Shown one piece after another: positions 21,087-30,036 of a stretch of DNA of 64,000 nucleotides. The translations under genes were made by a program, and so were the position numbers. The notes beneath the pieces are model-generated. The model had not been told where the DNA came from, did not search any database, and was given only the letters and a program-made list of their open reading frames with translations. Where the stretch lies: the NCBI GenBank assembly GCA_918797485.1, contig CAKKNE010000002.1:2542001-2606000 (forward strand), read 5' to 3'. The stretch's first letter is position 1. Each line of letters opens with the position of its first letter. Source of the stretch: Pelagomonas calceolata. Lineage: Eukaryota.

Positions 21087-22643
21087 ATGGCCGAGCCCGA
21101 CGCGCGCGAAGCGCTCCGGCAGAAGCTGGCGGAGCGCGACAGGGCAAGGGCAGCCTTGGTCGAGGTGGTCCAGGAGGAGGACCAACGCATAGCGCAGCTC
21201 CGCGAGAAGCGCGCACAAGATCGGGAAATGAGGCGCAAGGAGCACGAAGCAGCACAAACACAGCCACCACCGGCCCAACCACCGAAGCCGCGGCGGCGGC
21301 GCCGCAAACCCGTTTCTGATGTGGAAGACGCTAGACGGCAAGAAAAGGAGCGCACGGCGGCGGAGGAAGCGGAAAAGGCGCCGCCGCCGGACCCGCGCGA
21401 CGCGGAACGACGGGAGCTCTGGAAGGAGCTGGGCGCGTACGGCGATTCCCTGAGGGAACGAGTAGATTTCCCGGAGAATTACGACGAAGTGGTGCAACTC
21501 ATGTCCCGGAACGATCTCACACAAAAGGAGGAGACGTGGTCCGAGGCCGCACTAGCCGGCGGCGACTTCTCGAAGTACGCGAATTTGTTCGCAGACGACG
21601 AGAACGACAGAAAGCTGCGGGCCGGCCTGGCCACGATCGAACGATTGGACCGGGAGCTCGCGAAGGTCCACGCGAAAGCTAGAGCTGTCAGGGACATGGG
21701 GCAACTGCCGCCACCACCTCTTCAAAGACCGTCGTCCGCCGATAGTACGTCAACGAATCGCACGGGGCCGTTCATCACGCAGAAGCGGCTGCACAAGCGC
21801 GTGCAGCCCCGAGATGACGTTTCGGCCATGTCCGAGGCGACCGTTGTCCAGGGCACGGACTTTGTCCTCAACAACAAAGTACAAGGCGGCGACAAGTCGC
21901 TGCTGACGATCGAACAGCAGGATAGAGCGTACCAGCTCGAGCTCGGCGAGGACGAGAACGATGAGGTCTTGAGGGGTTTGTCTGAATATGTTGTGGACGA
22001 TGAGCGACTAAGGGAAATAGATGCCGAACTAGCGGCATTGGGCCGCGAGACGGACGAGGTGCTGCGCGACGCGGAAGCGCGAGCCGCCGCCGTCGCCGCG
22101 AGTGCGAAGGAGGGCGAGGTCGGCGCGTCCGACCACGAAAAGGCGCGGAACTTCCTCCAGCTCGCGCGCGAGGCGCGCGCGCTCAAAGCTAGACAGAGTG
22201 ACGTGGACGCGCAGCTGGCCGAGGTGCGCGCGCGGCCCCTCGTTTTAGCTGAGGACGAGGACTCCGAGGGTGTGAAAGCGTCGGACGTGAAGAAATTGGT
22301 CGAGGAATATAGGGACGCGCCTCCGGTCCCGCGCGAGCGGCTCGACGATCTTCTAAAATCGCTGCGCGCCACCGAGGCGCCGTCGCAGCTCGCTCTGGCG
22401 TTGAAGGACGCGGAGATGATCCGGGACGAGAAGCGGCGCGTCGACGAGCGGGCGACGCCGCGCCGCGACTACCAAACGTTCGGCGACGAGATCCACGCCG
22501 TTATGGAACGGCGGAGCGAGGAGAATCCCTTCGCACGAGACGACGATCGGCTCGAGGACGCGCTCCTCGAGGCGTCGCTGCGGGCCGAGCAGGCGCTCCG
22601 GAATTCTGACGCAGTGTTGGCGCGGTCCTCGGTAGCGGAGTAG
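21087..22643 (+). CDS. Coiled-coil protein, possibly FSIP1-like
   Basis: Long E/R/K/A-rich ORF. KLRAGLATIERLDREL, DFVLNNK and RLREIDAEL recall FSIP1 blocks (weak). Confidence 0.6.
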   Translation: MAEPDAREALRQKLAERDRARAALVEVVQEEDQRIAQLREKRAQDREMRRKEHEAAQTQPPPAQPPKPRRRRRKPVSDVEDARRQEKERTAAEEAEKAPPPDPRDAERRELWKELGAYGDSLRERVDFPENYDEVVQLMSRNDLTQKEETWSEAALAGGDFSKYANLFADDENDRKLRAGLATIERLDRELAKVHAKARAVRDMGQLPPPPLQRPSSADSTSTNRTGPFITQKRLHKRVQPRDDVSAMSEATVVQGTDFVLNNKVQGGDKSLLTIEQQDRAYQLELGEDENDEVLRGLSEYVVDDERLREIDAELAALGRETDEVLRDAEARAAAVAASAKEGEVGASDHEKARNFLQLAREARALKARQSDVDAQLAEVRARPLVLAEDEDSEGVKASDVKKLVEEYRDAPPVPRERLDDLLKSLRATEAPSQLALALKDAEMIRDEKRRVDERATPRRDYQTFGDEIHAVMERRSEENPFARDDDRLEDALLEASLRAEQALRNSDAVLARSSVAE

Positions 22644-22652
22644 TAAAACTTT

Positions 22653-23540
22653 CTAAAACTTACCACAACGGACGACGGGGCTGTCGAGCTCGACGAGCGC
22701 GAGGTAGTCCCTTACATCTGAATGCCACGCGAGCGCGGCGGCCAGAACACAAAGGTGCCAGAGCTGGTGCGACGCGCCGACGATGCAGAACTTGCCCGGC
22801 CACCGCGACTCCGGCCACTTTGTCGAGAAGAAGAAGAAGCCTAACCCATAAAAGAAGAACATGAGCATGAGCTTCGGCACGAACTGCCGGATCTCCTCCG
22901 CCGTGCCGTGCATAGCGAAGTCCGCCGTCGGCAGGAGCCCGATGGCTACGAGTGACGCGAAGGCCTTGGCGCTGTGGCGCTTCGGGAAGCACTCGAGCGC
23001 GAGCATCGCGCCGACGATGAGCAGTATCAACGCCTGGGCCATCCACACCAATCTCGCTCGTGGCCGGCAGCGAAACCCGAGCCATATGCCCGGTATGTAG
23101 CTGCCAGCAATCATCAGCGAGATCCCGAGCTTGTCGGCGCGCAGCCAGAGCCGCATCGCCCGCGGCGAGATCGCCCCGAAGGTGTGGTAGCCCGCCGACG
23201 ACGCGAAGAGGTTCAGGCAGATCAACCGGAAAATGAGTATCGTAGACGCGTCCCATGTGGATGTAGAGCTGTCCACACGTATCAGGTACGCGAACCAGAG
23301 CGCGCCGAGCCAGTGCGTCCAAATATTAATGGTTTCGTTGTGCACCTCAAAGATAGAGGTTATACATCCACACGAATCGTAGCCGACCCGATAACCACTC
23401 TGCACGAAGGGCATCGTCTCGTAGCCGTCCGGGACGTCCTGAGCTCTTACGACCTTCTTTTTCGTGGCCCAACCGGCGCCGGGCGTGTCGAGTGTTTGTG
23501 GTGGCGGGGGCGACGTGCGCCTCGTGGGGAGCAGGCTCAT
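22653..23540 (-). CDS. PAQR/AdipoR (HlyIII) family membrane protein
   Basis: SGYR...SIFEVHNETINIWTH, SSAGYHTF, DKLGISLMIAGS, PESRWPGKFCIVGASHQLWH. Confidence 0.92.
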   Translation of the reverse strand: MSLLPTRRTSPPPPQTLDTPGAGWATKKKVVRAQDVPDGYETMPFVQSGYRVGYDSCGCITSIFEVHNETINIWTHWLGALWFAYLIRVDSSTSTWDASTILIFRLICLNLFASSAGYHTFGAISPRAMRLWLRADKLGISLMIAGSYIPGIWLGFRCRPRARLVWMAQALILLIVGAMLALECFPKRHSAKAFASLVAIGLLPTADFAMHGTAEEIRQFVPKLMLMFFFYGLGFFFFSTKWPESRWPGKFCIVGASHQLWHLCVLAAALAWHSDVRDYLALVELDSPVVRCGKF

Positions 23541-24307
23541 AATTGCGGTTCCGCCTGTCTACCACCGCACTGTAGTGCACCTCACAAACGCGTTTTTGAT
23601 AGATGCGGTCCAGCACTGATGCCACAGCAGGGAGTGTGCTCCCACACAAACGCGTTTCAAGAGAGAAAGATGGTCACCGACGAAAGCTGGCATAAATGGG
23701 GACCCCGACGAGACAACGAGACGGCAGCTATTACGTGTACGATGGCACAGAGCGGCAGAGCATGGGCCGTGCCCACCGGCCCGGCTAGTAGGTTCGATAG
23801 CCCGGAGTAACACCCGCACTCAGTTTTTTTAGGGTTTTTAGCCAGTAGCTCGACGCGCAGGCAACCGCGTGCAACAAACTCACTGACAAAGAAAGGCCAT
23901 AATAGCCTATCGACACGCGGCAAAAGACGCGGCAGCGATTGGGCTGCGTCTCGCAGAGAAAACGGCCAAAAACCATGAAAAATGACACTCGACAGCCTTT
24001 GGCTGCCCCGTATCGCGCCGATCGGGCCACCGCAGCGTCGGGTATCGTAGTCCGTATGGCCGTCGACGATCTGAGACAAAAATCAGCGGCAGCGGCCCAT
24101 GGGATGTCGGTCTATGTGTGGTCCGCATTCTCGACGTGAACGCGCGTCGGGCCGAAAACGCCACCAATAAAGGCGAGATTTGGCTCGGGCATTCCCAGCC
24201 ACCGTGTCGGGCATCTCAGACGGTCCCGGGGGATTTAGCCGCCCGGGCGCCCCAAACGAGCGTATCGGGGCAGCCTAGAGGGAATACACCGATTTTTGTC
24301 AATAATG

Positions 24308-24388
24308 GGCGGCTGCCTCCTCTAAGTGGCTTAATCGACGCGTCTTGACATTCTCTTTCGATTAAGCCGCTTAGAGGAGGCAGCCGCC
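24308..24388. repeat. 31-bp near-perfect inverted repeat with 19-nt loop
   Basis: GGCGGCTGCCTCCTCTAAGTGGCTTAATCGA (24308-24338) / TCGATTAAGCCGCTTAGAGGAGGCAGCCGCC (24358-24388); one mismatch. Confidence 0.92.
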
Positions 24389-24697
24389 TGACATTGACTG
24401 AGATAGCAGCGCGAAATGGGGTCCACAAAACCCGAAAAGCCGTGCGGGTTGGGGCTGTCGAACCTACTAGCCAGGCCGGTGGGTGTGCAGCGCTTTTGCT
24501 ACCCGTAGGAAGAGCGGCGAATGTACTCCCGCATGCGTCCGTTGGCTTGGGCGAGACGTCCGTGAGGCGCCCGCGACCAAAGCACGTTTTTTCGTTTCGT
24601 GCGGGAATTTCACCTGACCTCTGACTTGGAGCTGCTCCAGACTGATGAATGACAATGATACAGTCTTCCACGGCCAGATGACCTACAACAAACAAGC

Positions 24698-26818
24698 ATG
24701 AGGTCCCTCCTCGCCTTCGGGTGCCTGGCAGCATGCGCCGGCATGTCGGCCCCGGTCTCGCGGCGGCCCAATGCCTTTTCAGCCAAAACCAGCCCAGCGG
24801 CCCCCCGCCGCGGGCCAGCGCTGGCGCCGCCGGCCGGCCGCGACCGCCGGCCACGCCGGCGCCCCCTCACCCTCGAAACGGCGAGACACCTGCTGAACAA
24901 GGGCGCGCTCTCGCACGACGACGCCGTCGCCGCGGTGCGGAGCGCGACGCGGCTGGCCCAGTCCCCGGCGCCGCGGCACAAGACGCGGCCCACACGAAAC
25001 GACGTCGACGCGTTCGTGCGTGATGTGTTAAATGCCCCTTCTAGAAGCTGGGAGCCGACGGAGCGCCTCTGTGCGGTGGCATTGGACGCGCACGCCAGGG
25101 ACGGCGACGTCAAGGCGACGCGTCAGCTGATCCGAGCGGCGCGGAGTCTAGGCGGCGTCCAGCCGGGCCCCGTCTCCTTTTGTATTTTGATCAAGGCTGT
25201 CGGTCGAAGGGGCGAAAAACTCCCGAGCGGCCGCGAAAAGAGGACGCTGACCAAATCCGTCGACGAGGCCATCAAGGGCTGCGCCCGCAATAGTGTACCG
25301 GACGCTGTATTATTAAACGCGGCGGTCGACGCCTACGCGCGACTCGGCGCGGTCGACGACGCTTTGCACTTAGTCGGCTCCTTCGGGGACTACGGCGTGC
25401 AGGCCGACGCGCGCGCCTACAACGCCGCCCTCAAAGCGTTAGTTAGAAGACCGCGCGACGCCTTGGCTTTACGGAGACGCATGCGGGCCGCCAACGTAAA
25501 ACCGACGGCGGTCACGAACGCAACATTAATAAACACGATCGCGCTCCACAACCCCGCGCGAGCGCAGCGGCTGCTGCCTACGCTGGTGCGCGACGACTTC
25601 GCGCGGGACCGCGACGCGTTGAACGCGGCGACGGCCGCGTACACGTCGGTCGTCGGCGCCTTCGCGTCACAAGGCGCGGAGCGGGCGGCCTATGACGTGG
25701 CCGGTCTCATGCGACGGCGTTCCGTCCCTCTGAACGCGGTGACCTTCGCGGAGTTATTCAGAGCGGCGTCTACCGCGACGAAAGGCTCCAAACGGGCGAG
25801 GCGCATCCGAGGCTTGTGGCGGCGCCTCACGAAAGATAGGATCCGCCCGACGCGCGGGTGTTATGATGTCGCTATTGCATCTTTAATTGGAGACGTCCCA
25901 GACCCGGCGTGTCTGCGGCTAGCTCTGGACCTGTCGGCGACGATGCGGGCCGACGTGGGCTGGTCCACGACGACTCTGAATCTGATACTGGCCGCGTTGT
26001 ACGCGAGCGACGCGCGCGCTAAGGAGGCTCGTTCGACGTACGACGCGCCGGTCGCGAGCGATCGCAATGCGAAATTAAGAGCTGCGGAAAGATTGTTCGA
26101 TCGCGCGGAGCGGGACCCGAGGACGTGCGCGCCGCCCGATTGTGCTACGTACACCATCGCTCTACGAGCGAGAGCTCGGCGCGGCGACCTCGATGGGTGT
26201 AGGCAAGCGTTCCGCTCATTGCGGGACTCGCCGACCTTATCCGTCGACAACGTGGCGGCGACGTCCATGCTCGTCGCCCTCGCGCGGGCCGGTGCGCTGT
26301 CGGAGATGTGGCGGCTCCTCGAGGACATGCGCAACGTCGAGATGTGCGAGGACCTGCCGACGCCCGACGCGGACGCTGTTGAAGTTGTGGTCAGGGCGTT
26401 AGCTCGGGCTCGCAGCGGTGTCGCCGCCGACAAAGCGATCGCGCTTTATGAGAGGCACTTTGGCACGCGCGGCGACCTCGGTGCGCCCTCGGAGGCCTGC
26501 GTGCAGGCCGTGCTCTTGGCGTGCGCGCGCAAGGCGCCGCCGCCGAAGGGTCTCTTCGATCTGAAGCGGTCCGTGCGCGACGACGTCAAGGCCGCACGGG
26601 AGGTGCTCGACGGCCTCGAGGGGCGGCTTCCATCTGATACGGTGCGCGACCTGCGCCAGTACGCGCGCGAGACGCTCGCCCAGTGCGAGACGGAGACGTG
26701 GCGCGACGGCGCGGGCCAGCGGCCCGGAGGGCGGTGGACGGAGCCCGAGTCGGCCTCGGATCGGCTCTTCTCGCAGAAGGGCTGGAACTCCGTGGATTCG
26801 GGGTTCAAGCTCTTCTGA
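24698..26818 (+). CDS. Pentatricopeptide repeat (PPR) protein, probably plastid-targeted
   Basis: Signal peptide; repeats PDAVLLNAAVDAYARLG, ADARAYNAALKAL, PTAVTNATLINTIA, PDCATYTIALRARARRGD, DNVAATSMLVALARAG. Confidence 0.85.
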   Translation: MRSLLAFGCLAACAGMSAPVSRRPNAFSAKTSPAAPRRGPALAPPAGRDRRPRRRPLTLETARHLLNKGALSHDDAVAAVRSATRLAQSPAPRHKTRPTRNDVDAFVRDVLNAPSRSWEPTERLCAVALDAHARDGDVKATRQLIRAARSLGGVQPGPVSFCILIKAVGRRGEKLPSGREKRTLTKSVDEAIKGCARNSVPDAVLLNAAVDAYARLGAVDDALHLVGSFGDYGVQADARAYNAALKALVRRPRDALALRRRMRAANVKPTAVTNATLINTIALHNPARAQRLLPTLVRDDFARDRDALNAATAAYTSVVGAFASQGAERAAYDVAGLMRRRSVPLNAVTFAELFRAASTATKGSKRARRIRGLWRRLTKDRIRPTRGCYDVAIASLIGDVPDPACLRLALDLSATMRADVGWSTTTLNLILAALYASDARAKEARSTYDAPVASDRNAKLRAAERLFDRAERDPRTCAPPDCATYTIALRARARRGDLDGCRQAFRSLRDSPTLSVDNVAATSMLVALARAGALSEMWRLLEDMRNVEMCEDLPTPDADAVEVVVRALARARSGVAADKAIALYERHFGTRGDLGAPSEACVQAVLLACARKAPPPKGLFDLKRSVRDDVKAAREVLDGLEGRLPSDTVRDLRQYARETLAQCETETWRDGAGQRPGGRWTEPESASDRLFSQKGWNSVDSGFKLF

Positions 26819-26838
26819 GTAACGGTTATTATGTATCT

Positions 26839-27544
26839 CTAGTCCTCCGCGGTGAGGTCGACGACGGCGTCCTTCTTGGTGCGCTTTTCTTGCGGCGGGA
26901 GGAAGCCCGGCGAGTCCAGGTACTGCGTGTCGGGCTCCTCGGCCTTCCGCTTTGTCGGCGATGGCGTGCGGCCGAGAAGCGCATTCACGAGGGCGACGTT
27001 CTCGTGGTCTTCTTCCGAAGCTTCGAGAACTTGGTCGAAGCGTTCGCCCTTGCCGATGGGTTTCTGGCGATTCTTGAGCATGCCGACGAGGCCCGCGACC
27101 TTGCTCGGGTTGTTGAGATCGCCGTCGTGCTCGCCTCTGGAGGCGCGAGCCTTGGCGCGCTCGATGCACGTAGACACGTCCGCCGTGAACCGTAACGCGA
27201 CGACCTCGACGTTGCAGCGCTTCGCGATCTTCACCCAGTGCGAGCGCTGCTTCGGGTCGAGATCGGTACGATCCACCTGTGTGGAAATCAAACGTCGAGC
27301 GTCCCGCTCAGGTCCCGCGCCAATGCGGCGCCATCGACACGACTTCGTTAATTTCCACACTGCGACGTGCGTAGGCCACCTTGCCCGCTCGCACGGTCTC
27401 CTCGACGAGCGCCTCGACCTTCTCGCGCCGTTTTAAGAGATCTTGACAGCAGCGGACGGCGTCGGGAAGAAACTTCTCGTGGAAGCGCGACTTGCCGGCG
27501 CCGGGCAGGCCGACGGCGACAATTACCAGGCCTTTGCTTTCCAT
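26839..27544 (-). CDS. P-loop kinase (AAA_33/polynucleotide-kinase-like), exons 27544-27371 and 27276-26839
   Basis: IVAVGLPGAGKS Walker A; splicing restores KVAY|VDRTDLDPKQRSHW...CIERAKAR in frame (203 aa). Confidence 0.85.
27277..27370 (-). mobile_element. Introner-like GC-AG intron (94 nt) with 15-bp TIRs
   Basis: Minus strand GCACGTCG + CAGTGTGGAAATTAA...TTGATTTCCACACAG; removal is needed to join the two kinase frames. Confidence 0.85.
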
Positions 27545-27829
27545 GATTCTTCGGCGGTCTCGCGCGTGATTATAGGCGCCCGGCGCGCGGCGACCAGTAA
27601 TATGAGATATGATCTATCCGCAGGACTGGACAGGCAAGCGCGCACGTTGGTTGACCAACCAATGAGGCGACGGCCGTCCAATAAAAACCCACGAACAACC
27701 CCGCTCGCGCTAGGGGCGCGTAACCAAGCCCAATACGTCGAGCTAGCGGCCTGTAAGACACTAGCAAGCCGCAGAGGTCGCAGATTTGGACCTAATTAGT
27801 GGTTATACATTGCATCTCTGCGCGCAAGC

Positions 27830-29800
27830 ATGGCCCCACAGCTGCCAGCATCCGCGCTCGCAGCGATATCTGGCTACATTGATCGGGAAGAGCCAGCTGA
27901 GCCACCAGCCCCAGCAAGGCCCGCGGCAGCCGCGGCCGCCGCTGCGCCTCCACAGCTGCCGGCAAGTGCTCTCGCAGCGATTTCGGGATACATCGACCGC
28001 GAGGAGCCGGCTGCACCACCGCTGCCGCCGCCCGCACCGGCTGCGCCGCCACCGGCGCGCGACCGCGAGGAACAAACACTCAGAGAAATCGAGCCGCTCG
28101 ACGCCTCCGCCGTCTTCGCGCTGCTGCACCCGGACGGGCCCGGCTACGCGGTCGTCGACGGCGTGTTGGGACAAGAAACGGCGCGGAGGGCGGCCCGCGC
28201 GGCGGCCGCCGCACGAACACAATTGAAGCGCGCGCGCGTCGGCCGCGGCGACGCGCGGCGCCTCTCCGACGAGCGCACGGACGAGGCCGCGTTTTTGGAT
28301 GAGAGGAGCCAGCACCCCGATTTGCAAGTGCTCTGTCACGCGCTGCGGAAACTGCGGTCCTCGCTTTGTGTAGGAGGCGCCTGGGACGACAAGGCCGCCG
28401 AGTTACGTTTGGATGCAACAACAACCTCGACGCAGCTCGCCTGTTATCAGCCGGGCGGGCGCTACCGGCGCCACGCGGACGCGTTGTCCGATGACGACGC
28501 GCGGCAGCGCGACGCGCTGCGCGGCAAGCCTCTGTTAACGCGCAATCGCCGGATCACGGCGGTCTATTACTTAAATGAAAACTGGAATCGTGAAGATGGC
28601 GGCGCGCTCCGCATCTATGCCGATACATGGACGCCCGACGCCCAACCTTTTGATGTTTTACCTCGATTGGACCGCCTCGTTTTGTTTAGGAGCACTCTAC
28701 AACATGAGGTCCTCGTGACGCGCAGGGAGCGCCTCGCGCTGACGCAGTGGTGGTACGGCCGCATCGACGATGATAACGAGCGCGTGCCGTGGCGGCTGCC
28801 GGCGCCGGGTAGAGCCCTCTCTGGTTTATCGACCGAGGGGCGAATTTTTGTTTCCGTGGCCGCGTACCGAGATCCGGAGACGGAGCGGACGCTGCAGCAC
28901 TTGTTCGCCACCGCGAAGAACCCGAAGCGCGTCCGTGTGGTGGTCGTGCAGCAGTACGACTGTCTGGAGGGGAGCGATGATGATCTGGTAGGAAGGCTAT
29001 ATAACCACGAGGCGGAGGCGCGCGTGACGCGGATACGCGTCGATTTTCGCGACGCGAACGGCCCGTGTCCCGCAAGGGCGTGCGCGCTGCGTCGCTTGAC
29101 TGATGAAGACGACTTCGTCCTCCAGATCGACAGCCACACGCGCTTCCGCAGCCACTGGGACGCGTATCTGATCGATCAATTAGCCAAGTGTGATAGTAAG
29201 GAGCCCGTGCTGACCGCCTACCCCGCGGACTACGACAAGGATTCAGCTGCCCTACCTTCCGACGTGCGGCCAACTCTGTTAGTCCCCTCGGGCTTCGACA
29301 AGGACGGCGTGCTGCGGATCAAGGGCCGGCGGCTCGCGCGGGTTCACGAGGAACCGATCCCGTCGCCGCTCTGGTGCGCCGGGTTCTCCTTCTGTCGAGC
29401 TAAAGTGTGGCGCCGCGTCACATACGAGCCGCTTCCCCATTTATTTTTTGGCGAGGAGCTACTGCACGCCGCTCGATTGTTTTGTAGTGGCTGCGACTTC
29501 TTCGCGCCGCCCGAGCAGGTGATCTTCCACCGCTGGTCGCGGAGCGGACGGCGGACGCTCGCCGAGGACCAGCCTCGTCGAAACGCGGCGGCCGCGCGCG
29601 GCCGCGCCTTCGAGCTGCTCGAAACAATTGAAGGGCCGCGGTCGCTCGCCGCGTTCGAAGCAAGGGCGGGCGTTGATTTGAAAAAGCGCGTCTTATTGCC
29701 CGGCGCCGACCGGGGCGGCCTGTCCCCTGAAGCGTTCGCCGACGGCGCGTCGTCCTCCGCGGGCGCGCAGGTCGCGGCGCTGCTGGGGCTGAAGCTTTGA
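27830..29800 (+). CDS. Fusion of 2OG-Fe(II) prolyl-4-hydroxylase (PhyA/EGLN-like) and GT60 GlcNAc-transferase (Gnt1-like)
   Basis: YRRHAD (28472), RRITAVYYLNENW..DGGALRI, PRLDRLVLFRS..HEVL..RLALTQW; then IFVSVAAYRDPE, GPCPARA, LQIDSHTRF..WD (29129), VLTAYP, WCAGFSF, LFFGEE. Confidence 0.88.
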   Translation: MAPQLPASALAAISGYIDREEPAEPPAPARPAAAAAAAAPPQLPASALAAISGYIDREEPAAPPLPPPAPAAPPPARDREEQTLREIEPLDASAVFALLHPDGPGYAVVDGVLGQETARRAARAAAAARTQLKRARVGRGDARRLSDERTDEAAFLDERSQHPDLQVLCHALRKLRSSLCVGGAWDDKAAELRLDATTTSTQLACYQPGGRYRRHADALSDDDARQRDALRGKPLLTRNRRITAVYYLNENWNREDGGALRIYADTWTPDAQPFDVLPRLDRLVLFRSTLQHEVLVTRRERLALTQWWYGRIDDDNERVPWRLPAPGRALSGLSTEGRIFVSVAAYRDPETERTLQHLFATAKNPKRVRVVVVQQYDCLEGSDDDLVGRLYNHEAEARVTRIRVDFRDANGPCPARACALRRLTDEDDFVLQIDSHTRFRSHWDAYLIDQLAKCDSKEPVLTAYPADYDKDSAALPSDVRPTLLVPSGFDKDGVLRIKGRRLARVHEEPIPSPLWCAGFSFCRAKVWRRVTYEPLPHLFFGEELLHAARLFCSGCDFFAPPEQVIFHRWSRSGRRTLAEDQPRRNAAAARGRAFELLETIEGPRSLAAFEARAGVDLKKRVLLPGADRGGLSPEAFADGASSSAGAQVAALLGLKL

Positions 29801-30036
29801 TTTATTATAACGTTGTGTTTTCTGTTCCGTTGTGGATGCCTGGTTGGAATTCGTCCAGGAAAGCTAGTGTAGTGACACACTAGTAATAGGCGCCGCACTG
29901 AACCACCGCGCATCGCGCACAGTCGTCGTGCGCACGGCCGTTTAGCGGCAAATACACCGCCGCAAAGGCAGTCACACGCTGCGACGCCGCCAGCGCGGCG
30001 CACGGAAGAGCCCTGTGATTCACTGCTAAGCTGCTT

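Noticed and set aside
23810..24610. Non-autonomous transposon spanning the PAQR-PPR intergenic region
   Set aside because: Only a 7-bp CCCGCAC/GTGCGGG inverted match and no TSD; the hairpin alone is reported.
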